DNA from: Chrysomallon squamiferum
Lineage: Eukaryota; Animalia; Mollusca
NCBI GenBank assembly: GCA_012295275.1
Contig: CM022677.1
Span: 1,674,001-1,738,000, forward strand
Direction: 5' to 3'
DNA length: 64,000 nucleotides
The notes under the pieces: model-generated
Seen by the model: the letters and a program-made list of their open reading frames with translations, nothing else
What the model was told of the DNA's origin: nothing
Database searches by the model: none
Translations under genes and position numbers: made by a program
Shown here: in pieces, positions 38,851 through 51,695 of the stretch
Position numbering within the stretch: the stretch's first letter is position 1
Layout: each line of letters begins with the position of its first letter

Positions 38851-41800
38851 GTGTGCTACTACTAAAACATTGTCACTACACATTTATAAACTTTCTTAGT
38901 GTGCTACTACTAAAAACATTGTCACTACACATTTATAAACTTTCTTAGTGTGCTACTACTAAAAACATTGTCACTACACATTTATAAACTTTCTTAGTGT
39001 GCTACTACTAAAAACATTGTCACTACACATTTATAAACTTTCTTAGCTACTACTAAAAACATTGTCACTACACATTTATAAACTTTCTTAGTGTGCTACT
39101 ACTAAAAACATTGTCACTACACATTTATAAACTTTCTTAGTGTGCTACTACTAAAAACATTGTCACTACACATTTATAAACTTTCTTAGTGTGTGCTACT
39201 AAAACTAAAAACATTTGTTCTTACACATTTATAAACTTTCTTATAAACTTGCTACTACTAAAAACATTGTCACTACACATTTATAAACTTTCTTAGTGTG
39301 CTACTACTAAAAACATTGTCACTACACATTTATAAACTTTCTTTAGTGTGCTACTACTAAAAACATTGTCACTACACATTTATAAACTTTTCTTAGTGTG
39401 CTACTACTAAAAAACATTGTCACTACACATTTATAAACTTTCTTAGTGTGCTACTACTAAAAACATTGTCACTACACATTTATAAACTTTCTTAGTGTGC
39501 TACTACTAAAAACATTGTCACTACACATTTATAAACTTTCTTAGTGTGCTACTACTAAAAACATTGTCACTACACATTTATAAACTTTCTTAGTGTGCTA
39601 CTACTAAAAACATTGTCACTACACATTTATAAACTTTCTTAGTGTGCTACTACTAAAAACATTGTCACTACACATTTATAAACTTTCTTAGTGTGCTACT
39701 ACTAAAAACATTGTCACTACACATTTATAAACTTTCTTAGTGTGCTACTACTAAAAACATTGTCACTACACATTTATAAACTTTCTTAGTGTGCTACTAC
39801 TAAAAACATTGTCACTACACATTTATAAACTTTCTTAGTGTGCTACTACTAAAAACATTGTCACTACACATTTATAAACTTTCTTAGTGTGCTACTACTA
39901 AAAACATTGTCACTACACATTTATAAACTTTCTTAGTGTGCTACTACTAAAAACATTGTCACTAATAGTTTATAAACTTTCTTAGTGTGCTACTACTAAA
40001 AACATTGTCACTACTACATTTATAAACTTTCTTAGTGTGCTACTACTAAAAACATTGTCACTACACATTTATAAACTTTCTTAGTGTGCTACTACTAAAA
40101 ACATTGTCACTACACATTTATAAACTTTCTTAGTGTGCTACTACTAAAACTACTACTAAAACATTGTCTAAAACATTGTCACTACACATTTATAAACTTT
40201 CTTAGTGTGCTACTACTACTAAAAAACATTGTCACTACACATTTATAAACTTTCTTGGTGTGCTACTACTAAAAACATTGTCACTACACATTTATAAACT
40301 TTCTTGTGTGCTACTGCTACTACTAAAAACATTGTCACTACACATTTATAAACTTTCTTGGTGTGCTACTACTAAAACATTGTCACTACACATTTATAAA
40401 CTTCTTCTTGTGCTACTACTAAAAACATTGTCACTACACATTTATAAACTTTTTCTTGGTGTGCTACTACTAAAAACATTGTCACTACACGGTTTATAAA
40501 CTTTTTCTTGGTGTGCTACTACTAAAAACATTGTCACTACTACGTTTTTATAAACTTTCTTGGTGTGCTACTACTAAAACATTGTCACTACACATTTATA
40601 AACTTTCTTAGTGTGCTACTACTAAAAACATTGTCACTACACATTTATAAACTTTCTTAGTGTGCTACTACTAAAAACATTGTCACTACACATTTATAAA
40701 CTTTCTTAGTGTGCTACTACTAAAAACATTGTCACTATTAGTTTATAAACTTTCTTAGTGTGCTACTACTAAAAACATTGTCACTACACATTTTATAAAC
40801 TTTCTTCTTGTGTGCTACTACTAGTGTGCTACTAAAACATTGTCACTACACACGTTTATAAACTTTCTTGGTGTGCTACTACTAAAAACATTGTCACTAC
40901 ACATTTATAAACTTTCTTGGTGTGCTACTACTAAAAAAACATTGTCACTACACGTTTATAAACTTTCTTGTGTGTGTGCTACTACTAAAAACATTGTCAC
41001 TACACGTTTATAAACTTTCTTGGTGTGCTACTACTAAAAACATTGTCACTACACATTTATAAACTTTCTTGGTGTGCTACTACTAAAAACATTGTCACTA
41101 CACGTTTATAAACTTTCTTTGGTGTGCTACTACTAAAAAAACATTGTCACTACACGTTTATAAACTTTCTTGGTGTGCTACTACTAAAAACATTGTCTAT
41201 TTTATACACTTTCTTTATACTAAAACATTTTCTTGGTGTGCTACTACTAAAACATTTGTCACTTTCTTGGTGTGCTTTACTAAACATTTCACTACTACAC
41301 GTTTATAAACTTTCTTGGTGTGCTACTACTAAAAACATTGTCACTACACGTTTATAAACTTTCTTGGTGTGCTACTACTAAAAACATTGTCACTACACAC
41401 GTTTATAAACTTTCTTGGTGTGCTACTACTAAAACATTGTCACTACACATTTATAAACTTTCTTGGTGTGCTACTACTAAAAACATTGTCACTACACATT
41501 TATAAACTTTCTTGGTGTGCTACTACTAAAAAACATTACTATTTATAAAAAAACATTGTCATTGTCACTACACATTTATAAACTTTCTTAGTGTGCTACT
41601 ACTAAAAACATTGTCACTACACATTTTTATAAACTTTCTTAGTGTGCTACTACTAAAAACATTGTCACTACACATTTATAAACTTTCTTAGTGTGCTACT
41701 ACTAAAAACATTGTCACTACACATTTATAAACTTTCTTAGTGTGCTACTACTAAAAACATTGTCACTACACATTTATAAACTTTCTTAGTGTGCTACTAC

Positions 41801-44800
41801 TAAAAACATTGTCACTACAGTTTATTTAAAGTGTTACTACTACTAAAAACATTGTCACTACACATTTATAAACTTTCTTAGTGTGCTACTACTAAAAACA
41901 TTGTCACTACACATTTATAAACTTTCTTAGTGTGCTACTACTAAAAACATTGTCAGTTTATACATTTATAAACTTTCTTTGGTGTGCTACTACTAAAAAC
42001 ATTGTCACTACATTTTTATAAACTTTCTTGTGTGCTGCTACTACTAAAACATTGTCACTACACATTTATAAACTTTCTTGGTGTGCTACTACTACTACTA
42101 AAAATTTTGTCACTACTAAAACATTACTACATTTATAAACTTTCTTAGTGTGCTACTACTAAAAACATTGTCACTACACGTTTATAAACTTTCTTAGTGT
42201 GCTACTACTAAAAACATTGTCACTACACATTTATAAACTTTCTTAGTGTGCTACTACTAAAAACATTGTCACTACACATTTATAAACTTTCTTAGTGTGC
42301 TACTACTAAAAACATTGTCACTACACATTTATAAACTTTCTTAGTGTGCTACTACTAAAACAAAAAACATTTGTCACTTTCACATTTATAAACTTTCTTG
42401 GTGTGCGTTTACTACTAAAAACATTGTCACTACTAGTTTATAAACTTTCTTAGTGTGCTACTACTAAAAACATTGTCACTACACATTTATAAACTTTCTT
42501 AGTGTGCTACTACTAAAAACATTGTCACTATTAGTTTATAAACTTTCTTAGTGTGCTACTACTAAAAACATTGTCACTACACATTTATAAACTTTCTTAG
42601 TGTGCTACTACTAAAAACATTGTCACTATTAGTTTATAAACTTTCTTAGTGTGCTACTACTAAAAACATTGTCACTACACATTTATAAACTTTCTTAGTG
42701 TGCTACTACTAAAAACATTGTCACTACACATTTATAAACTTTCTTAGTGTGCTACTACTAAAAACATTGTCACTACACGATTTATAAACTTTCTTAGTGT
42801 GCTACTACTAAAAACATTGTCACTACACATTTATAAACTTTCTTAGTGTGCTACTACTAAAAACATTGTCACTACACATTTATAAACTTTCTTAGTGTGC
42901 TACTACTAAAAACATTGTCACTACACATTTATAAACTTTCTTAGTGTGCTACTACTAAAAACATTGTCACTACACATTTATAAACTTTCTTAGTGTGCTA
43001 CTACTAAAAACATTGTCACTAATAGTTTATAAACTTTCTTAGTGTGCTACTACTAAAAACATTGTCACTACACATTTATAAACTTTCTTAGTGTGCTACT
43101 ACTAAAAACATTGTCACTACACATTTATAAACTTTCTTAGTGTGCTACTACTAAAAACATTGTCACTACATTTATAAACTTTCTTAGTGTGCTACTACTA
43201 AAAACATTGTCACTATTAGTTTATAAACTTTCTTAGTGTGCTACTACTAAAAACATTGTCACTACAGATTTATAAACTTTCTTAGTGTGCTACTACTAAA
43301 AACATTGTCACTACACATTTATAAACTTTTGCTACTACTAAAAACATTGTCACTCACATTTATGTTTATAAACTTTCTTAGTGTGCTACTACTAAAAACA
43401 TTGTCACTACACATTTATACACTTTCTTAGTGTGCTACTACTAAAAACATTGTCACTACAGATTTATAAACTTTCTTAGTGTGCTACTACTAAAAACATT
43501 GTCACTACTACACTTTTTATAAACTTTCTTAGTGTGCTACTACTAAAAACATTGTCACTATTAGTTTATAAACTTTCTTAGTGTGCTACTACTAAAAACA
43601 TTGTCACTACACATTTATAAACTTTCTTAGTGTGCTACTACTAAAAACATTGTCACTATTAGTTTATAAACTTTCTTAGTGTGCTACTACTAAAAACATT
43701 GTCACTACACATTTATAAACTTTCTTAGTGTGCTACTACTAAAAACATTGTCACTACAGATTTATAAACTTTCTTAGTGTGCTACTACTAAAAACATTGT
43801 CACTACACATTTATAAACTTTCTTAGTGTGCTACTACTAAAAACATTGTCACTACACATTTATAAACTTTCTTAGTGTGCTACTACTAAAAACATTGTCA
43901 CTACACGTTTATAAACTTTCTTAGTGTGCTACTACTAAAAACATTGTCACTACACGTTTATAAACTTTTCTTGTGTGCTACTACTAAAAACATTGTCACT
44001 ACACATTTATAAACTTTCTTTGTCACTACACTACTACTAAAACATTGTCACTACACGTTTATAAACTTTCTTGGTGTGCTACTACTAAAAACATTGTCAC
44101 TACACGTTTATAAACTTTCTTGGTGTGTGCTACTACTAAAAACATTGTCACTACACATTTATAAACTTTCTTAGTGTGCTACTACTAAAAACATTGTCAC
44201 TAAACGTTTATAAACTTTCTTAGTGTGCTACTACTAAAAACATTGTCACTACACGTTTATAAACTTTCTTAGTGTGCTACTACTAAAAACATTGTCACTA
44301 CACGTTTATAAACTTTCTTGTGTGTGCTACTACTAAAAACATTGTCACTACACGTTTTATAAACTTCTCTTGGTGTGCTACTACTAAAAACATTGTGTTT
44401 TATAAACTTTCTTGGTGTGCTACTACTAAAAACATTGTCACAGTTTATAAACTTTCTTAGTGTTTACTAAAAACATTTTCGTTTATAAACTTTCTTGGTG
44501 TGCTACTACTAAAAAACATTGTCACTACACGTTTATAAACTTTCTTGGTGTGCTACTACTAAAAACATTGTCACTACACATTTATAAACTTTCTTGTGTG
44601 TGCTACTACTAAAACATTGTCACTACACGTTTATAAACTTTCTTGGTGTGCTACTAAAAACTAGTTTAAAACATTACTACTAAAAACATTGTCACTATTT
44701 TTATAAACTTTCTTGGTGTGCTACTACTAAAAACATTGTCACTACACATTTATAAACTTTCTTGGTGTGCTACTACTAAAAACATTGTCACTACACACGT

Positions 44801-45407
44801 TTATAAACTTTCTTGGTGTGCTACTACTAAAAACATTGTCACTACACGTTTATAAACTTTCTTGGTGTGCTACTACTAAAAACATTGTCACTACAGTTTT
44901 TATAAACTTTCTTAGTGTGCTACTACTAAAAACATTGTCACTACACATTTATAAACTTTCTTAGTGTGCTACTACTAAAAACATTGTCACTACACATTTA
45001 TAAACTTTCTTAGTGTGCTACTACTAAAACATTGTCACTACACATTTATAAACTTTCTTAGTGTGCTACTACTAAAACATTGTCACTACACATTTATAAA
45101 CTTTCTTAGTGTGCTACTACTAAAAACATTGTCACTACACATTTATAAACTTTCTTAGTGTGCTACTACTAAAAACATTGTCACTACACATTTATAAACT
45201 TTCTTGGTGTGCTACTACTAAAACATTGTCACTACACGTTTTATAAACTTTCTTAGTGTGCTACTACTAAAAACATTGTCACTACACATTTATAAACTTT
45301 CTTAGTGTGCTACTACTAAAAACATTGTCACTACACATTTATAAACTTTCTTAGTGTGCTACTACTAAAAACATTGTCACTACACGTTTATAAACTTTCT
45401 TGGTGTG
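38790..45407. repeat. 49-bp satellite array, ~135 copies, running into the assembly gap
   Basis: Unit CATTTATAAACTTTCTTAGTGTGCTACTACTAAAAACATTGTCACTACA, with TTGG, CGTTT and ATTAGTTT variants. Confidence 0.98.
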
Positions 45408-45607
45408 NNNNNNNNNNNNNNNNNNNNNNNNNNNNNNNNNNNNNNNNNNNNNNNNNNNNNNNNNNNNNNNNNNNNNNNNNNNNNNNNNNNNNNNNNNNNN
45501 NNNNNNNNNNNNNNNNNNNNNNNNNNNNNNNNNNNNNNNNNNNNNNNNNNNNNNNNNNNNNNNNNNNNNNNNNNNNNNNNNNNNNNNNNNNNNNNNNNNN
45601 NNNNNNN
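45408..45607. other. Assembly gap (200 N)
   Basis: Run of N. Confidence 1.
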
Positions 45608-45773
45608 ACAACAATAATAGCGACAATAATAATTATAATAGTAATAATAGTAATAATAATAGTAGTAATAATAACAGTAATAACGATAATAATAATAATA
45701 ATAAGAATAATAATCACTGAAATTGTGAACACAATTTTGACATTATATTTATATAATTTTTTTATCTTTGTAG

Positions 45774-46597
45774 AGTATAAACCTCGAATCGGGTGAAGAT
45801 CACAGATTTTGGATTAGCTAAACTTCTTGATTACAGTGACGAAGAGTACTAAGCTGGTGGTGGAAAAGTGAGTGGAACAGTAGTAATTCACATTTCTTAC
45901 TTCTGTTTTCTTATTAATAGGGAACTTACAAACTAAAACTTGGAATAGTCTTAATTCAGTTTTTCTCTTAACTGGCAACATTGATATGCTGAAATTTCAA
46001 AAAGATCAAATTTCAGCTATTATTCGATAAACTGGAAAAATATGAAAAACTTGATTTTATTCTTTTTCAGTTTCAGATGCCAATCAAGTGGTTAGCTCTG
46101 GACAGAATATTCACACACAAAACTGATGTCTGGAGTTATGGTATAACCTTCTTTTTATCTTTTCTCTTATTTTTTTTAATACTTTTAATGCAGAAATGAC
46201 ATTTGAATATGATATTCATGTAAGATGCGTCAATTTTAACACCCTGCTTGTAAAAAGAAAAATATATATAATAAAGTGTACTTTGAAGAGAAGTCTAAGC
46301 ACATTTCTCTTGAGTGGTTTTGAAATTAATATTTTTTATACTAATTTTTAATAATAATAAAGCATGAAAATTAATATTACAGGTTCATTAACGATATACT
46401 GAATCTTAATTTTTCAAGTCTTGCTTTGTGATAATAAAAATATTTCACTGATACAGAATGTAAACAAATTTGAAACTGATGGACGTGACTCATTTTTTAA
46501 AATAATTTTTAATTTTTTGTTGTTGTTGTTGTTGTTCAGAGTTACTGTGTGGGTCCTGTTTATGTTTGGTCAAACACGACACGACAACATCCACAAA
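45774..46597 (+). pseudogene. EGFR: EGFR/ERBB-family tyrosine kinase pseudogene fragment (exons ~45774-45867, 46077-46140, 46540-~46597)
   Basis: RVKITDFGLAKLLDYSDEEY*AGGGK | MPIKWLALDRIFTHKTDVWSYG | VTVWVLFMFGQTRHDNI. Introns after GGK and SYG as in EGFR genes. TAA at 45850, a 4-codon deletion and a 1-nt loss at the third exon start. Confidence 0.9.
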
Positions 46598-46894
46598 GTT
46601 CTGCATCACGTGAATACTGTGAACTGTTCCCTACTCAAACTAACTTGAACGTGCACACTGAATAAAGATAAAACATGATCACTAACACCCGGATTTAAAA
46701 CACCTCAAGTGAGGTATCCAGTTTCACATCTGTGGGGTTTGGTTTTTTCGTTTGTGCGATTGTTTCTCTGCTTTCATTTTTATTGTGTGTACATGTGCAT
46801 GTCTTTCTTCTTTTTTTTCTTTGCTTTTATTTGTTTTGATTTTAAAAATAAATATATAAATAAATAAATAAAACTTAACTTCTTAAAGAAGAAA

Positions 46895-48628
46895 GTCCTT
46901 ATAGGCAGCACTGGGATTTTGTTGTCTGACCTGTTGTGGTTTTCCAGACACACTACACACCTACTGTTTGATGTTGCATGGGTAGGCTCTTTCCAACTCA
47001 TGAGGTCCAGAATCTTGGAGGTGTGTGTCTGTGTACAGACACACTACACACCTACTGTTTGATGTTGCATGGGAGGCTCTTTCCAAGTCATGAGGTCCAG
47101 AATCTTGGAGGTGTTTGTCTGTGTACAGACACACTACACACCTACTGTTTGATGTTGCATGGGGAGGCTCTTTCCAAGTCATGAGGTCCAGAATCTTGGA
47201 GGTGTTTGTCTGTGCACAGACGCACTTTAAATAGGCTTTTTGTCACACCAAACAATTGCTGCTACAATTACATTGAACAATAGTTCAAACTGCCCCATTC
47301 TGATCTGACTTTTTGATTTGATCAGGTTTTTTTTGGAAAACGTTTGTGATTTGTAAGTGCACTGCCCACTAGGCAGATTCCTCTCTTTTCCAGCAAAAAC
47401 TCACAAAAATTTACACTAGTATAGTCTGTCTGTAAACACACAGTAATACTGGTCACAAAACAGTTCCAACATACAAATAACAAGGTTTCCAGTCCACCAA
47501 GGTTTTCAATGGTTTCAGCATCATTCCTGTGACCTGTATATACTTCTGCATTCTCTGTCACAAAGTAGGAAGGTTTTGATATCCCACTTTATCGGTTTTT
47601 CTTTGATATGCTGTTTTATAGAGAGGGAGTTTTATATTGGAATCATTCCTTTGTCAGCTAACAGATTGCTTCTCGGTATATAATGCAGCCAGAATTTTTC
47701 CAACAAGTGCTTGAACATGGGCCCTGATTTGTAAATCTTATCAGATTTGTCTAGCTCCGGGTATAATACATTTACACTATGTAGCATAGACCATATTGCT
47801 AAAAATCTATCTCTTGTAAAAATCTGTGCAAATCCAGGTGTGATGGTCAAGACATTTTCCTTATCTCACCAAAATTATTCATAGCAGTCCTTGTGAATAA
47901 GCATTTCCATCACTACTCAACAGCAAACAAAATGTTAATCTCTGTTAGTGAACTAAACGATTTTGAATAACAATGTGAAGGTTTTGCTTCTCTGATATGT
48001 TCTGCCTGCTGTTAGTTTCAACAACAAAGAGCTGCCATAAATCATCATTCCAGAATAACGTCAAAAAGTCAGCAGTGCTGCTCTCATTATTGAGTGAATC
48101 TGGAATATTTTTGGGACCGGGGTTTGAATTGTTTTTCACGACACTCTCTCATGTCATTCATCCACTGACGCTGATCTGCCTGGGTCTGAGAATTCTGTCA
48201 CACCTCGACCACGTCCTCTACCACAGCCACACCCACTACCAGGTTTAAAACATCAACACCTGCAGAATCACTTTTATTTTCACCTTCATTCGTGTTATTA
48301 TTATTTGTATCACTGACATCATCGTCACTCTCTTCACTTTCAAAATCACTATTATTTCACATTCCAACACTTCATCCTCATCCTCAGAATCTGACATTAT
48401 CATTTGTAATGCCTGCTTGGTTGTCACTTTCTTACTGCTCATGTTTATGTCAAAAAAATACTCCAAAAACTGCAATTGTTTGCAAAAACATTATCGAAGC
48501 TTCCTTCGAAAATACAAGCAGATATACATGTTACAGTCAATTTTTCAAACCAGTCATTTCGTCAAATGCCTCTGACCTCTAGTCATTTAGCCAAACTGAC
48601 TAAAATTTCCAGTCATTTGGCTAAAGGG
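46895..48628 (-). mobile_element. Decayed piggyBac (PGBD4-like) transposon, internally deleted
   Basis: Acidic N-terminus, DFLTLFWNDDLWQLFVVETN, FTRDRFLAIWSMLH, DKIYK, PRSNLLADKGMIP, NAEVYTG, YTSVNFCEFLLE..G..LVGSALTNHKRFPK, IVWCDKKPI, C-terminal RCVVC. 5' terminus reads CCCTTTAG from 48628. Confidence 0.88.
46945..47225. repeat. 90-91 bp tandem repeat x3 of the piggyBac C-terminal Cys-rich coding segment
   Basis: CAGACACACTACACACCTACTG at 46945, 47036 and 47126; encodes HATSNSRCVVC. Confidence 0.92.
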
Positions 48629-48996
48629 TATTTCTTAGGTGTTTTCTATTAACTAAACTATGTTTCATCTGTATTGAAGAATAATCAAATACATGTAACA
48701 ACAAATTTACCAGTATGATGCATTGGTGACACATAATACATATTTCATTTATTTAAACTATTTACACAGTTGTGACATCTGCTATTACACAAAACATTAT
48801 TTTTGAAACAAGCACATCTCTTACTCCAACATCTCTCAAATCCATTACAACTGCACTTGACGAAACTGACCACCGTGTTGAGACTGCTTTTTGTTGGCTT
48901 GACGAAGTGACACACTGTTAATGTCAGATTCACTCAGGAGTCTGAGGACATAAATCAAACTGGTGTTGACTATATTTCCCTTTCAGAATACCAGAT

Positions 48997-49575
48997 GTAT
49001 AGTGTCTGTTTTCTACAGCTAATATAATACTAGAATATTTCTACAGATGGTATAGTGTCTTTTTCTACAGCTAATATAATACTAGAATATTTCTACAGAT
49101 GGTATAGTGTCTGTTTTCTACAGCTAATATAATACTAGAATATTTCTACAGATGGTATAGTGTCTGTTTTCTACAGCTAATATAATACTAGAATATTTCT
49201 ACAGATGGTATAGTGTCTTTTCTACAGCTAATATAACACTAGAATATTTCTACAGGTGGTATAGTGTCTGTTTTCTACAGCTAGTATAATACTAGAATAT
49301 TTCAACAGGTGTATAGTGTCTGTTTTCTACAGCTAATATAATACTAGAATATTTCTACAGATGGTATAGTGTCTGTTTTCTACAGCTAATATAATACTAG
49401 AACATTTCTACAGATAGTATAGTGTCTGTTTTCTACAGCTAATATAACACTAGAATATTTCTACAGGTGGTATAGTGTCTGTTTTCTACAGCTAATATAA
49501 TACTAGAATATTTCTACTGATGTATAGTGTCTGTTTTCTACAGCTAGTATAATACTAGAATATTTCTACAGATGG
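48997..49575. repeat. ~53-bp minisatellite, ~11 copies, inside the integrase coding region
   Basis: Unit GTATAGTGTCTGTTTTCTACAGCTAATATAATACTAGAATATTTCTACAGATG. Confidence 0.96.
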
Positions 49576-49714
49576 AATGGACACAGCTACATTATCAACA
49601 ACAGCATCATCCTTCATAATCACACAACTTTGCTTAACAACACGCTCGGCTTGTTTCTGTTGTGTGGCTACTGCAAGCTTTCTTTTCTTGTCTATGCTGC
49701 TCATTGGTTGAGTT

Positions 49715-49838
49715 TTTTCTGGTAGAGGCTGAGTTGTTTCTGGTACAGGTTGAGTTGTTTCTGGTAGAGGTTGAGTTGTTTCTGGTAGAGTTGAGTTGTT
49801 TCTGGTAGAGTTGAGTTGTTTCTGGTAGAGTTGAGCTG
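49715..49838. repeat. 20-21 bp tandem repeat, ~6 copies
   Basis: TTTCTGGTAGAG(G)TTGAGTTG units. Confidence 0.9.
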
Positions 49839-50744
49839 CTGGACAGAATGGCTAGTAAGTCATCTTCCTTCTGTAGCTTGTGGATAACAATGTGTCAAAC
49901 CAATCCTGCCTTTGATGCCAAATAATGTTGTACAAGATGACTGTTTTATTCCAGCTTTGAAACTTGAGTTCTTGCGAAACTGACCAAAGTTAACACCAAC
50001 AGTCCTATCAGAGCTATCATTCTCACTCATCCTCGCAACAAGCATGTCTTTAATGTCATAATTCGCACATTCTACAGAACTTGACTCTGTGTGTGGCATG
50101 GTTTACCAAGCACTATAACTAGCTCTGGCCACAACTCCTTCAAATCAGAAATGATTTGAGCTGTAAATTCAGAACCGTTGTTGCTCTGTACTATATGTGG
50201 TGCACTGAATAGCAGAAATATGTCCATGAGTTGGTTTGCAACTTCAGCAGCTCGCTTTGATGTCAGTGGGCGGATAACAACAAACTTTGTAAGATGATCC
50301 TGATACACCTTAATCCACTTGACAGAACCATGCGGTAACGATTGCATATCAGTGAGATCTACTTGGCCACGAGCAGAGAATTCTTTAGACAAGATTGGTC
50401 AGACAACCACACCCTTTGTCATCGGTTTACACTGACAGTCAATGCACATTGACTTAAACAGTTCCGTAGAATCCCTGGTAACACTGGCATACTTCTTGCC
50501 TATCTCCATTACCATTCGATTGCAACCTCCGTGGCCAGTGTCTATGTGTGCACGTTTGATAACATCGAATGTCTCTTTGATGTTGCACGTAATACTCGGG
50601 TCACTGTTGGATGTGCAACGTCTTATCAACTTCTCAACATCACCACACTGAAGAATCTCAGACTTGGACAGAAGATAATAACCTTGGTGTCACTTAGCTG
50701 ATGATTGGTATGTTTGTGTTACTGGCTTCTGGCCCGACCTCTCC

Positions 50745-51695
50745 CAGTGTAAACAGCCTGACCTCGATATACAGTTTATCACCATTTAACACCAGTCTTT
50801 TCCCTTGCCTTTTTGCTGTAATGTGGATATAGTAATTTTCTCCTGTCATTAATTTATTTCAGGAATTGTTCATTAACCGTGACTTGCTTGTTTATCAGTA
50901 TTTTGGATGCAGCTCTTCTCACAATTTATATAAAATGAATTTAGCAACAACAGGCCTTATATATACATCTTCCCCAGTCGATTCATTCTGTCAAAGTCAG
51001 TATTATTTTCTACTTTCATTTTTTATAAAACTTTTCAACTCCTTGTCTGTGTCTTCCTCATCTTCCTCTGGTATCACACTAAACATTACATTGTCACGAT
51101 GAAGTGAGTTTGTAGGTCATTGTGTTTATGTCTTAAGATTCGAAACTCAGTTTCTACTTCACATATTTGTTGTTTCACACTGGTATTATTATATCTCATT
51201 TCACGAGTAGAACTGTTCATATCTAAGACAACAGATTTCAAATATTCAAGATTGTTTTATTTCTTTCAAACTGACAGTGAACGTAATTCATACCCTTTCC
51301 ATATCTTGTACTTTTTTCTTAATATCAATCATTTTACCACTATATCTTGTACAGATATTTCCATACCATTCAGTTGTTTTTCGATCATGTCTAATTTTTC
51401 CAGTTTATCATACATTATATCTAACTTTCTAGTCAAAGTATCTAATTTTTATACTGACATCTTGATTGTGCACAACTGGTGAAATTAAACCAGAATACTG
51501 ACCTTGGGATCATCAGGTTTGTCCACATTGTCCATACTTCTGAGACTGTTGAACTGGTGTTGACAGATAAAATGGTGCAGATGAACATCTCATTATTTGA
51601 CATCCCTGAGCAGCTTGGCTAATGCTTATCCTTATTTTCTGTTCACTTTCTCCTTTTTTACTCTTATTTCTTCTCTTTTTTATTTCATGTTGCAT
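50745..51695 (-). mobile_element. Decayed LINE ORF1 (coiled-coil + RRM-like + CTD; CR1/L2/L1-type)
   Basis: Fragments RDNVMFSVIPEEDEEDTDKELKSFIKNE, RPVVAKF and AKRQGKRLVLNGDKLYIE match recalled LINE ORF1 motifs; no ORF2 seen. Confidence 0.72.

Larger units (their letters stand above)
48745..50700 (-). mobile_element. Decayed KRBA2/SCAND3-type integrase element (Ginger2/GingerRoot-like)
   Basis: H-x3-GHGG...C-x2-C zinc motif, ARGQVDLTDMQS, YQDHLTKFV, APHIVQSNNGSEF, GKPCHTQSQ/SVECAN, and C-terminal KCSC...RCACFKNNVLCNSRCH; several frameshifts. Confidence 0.88.

Noticed and set aside
45351-45796. ORFs spanning the N-run
   Set aside because: Artefacts of the assembly gap and adjacent repeats.
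51513-51695. TPVQ peptide as the missing DDX49 exon 1 (Q motif)
   Set aside because: No surrounding F..LGL or CIP.IL residues, it lies 32 kb away across a gap, and it fits the LINE ORF1 N-terminus.
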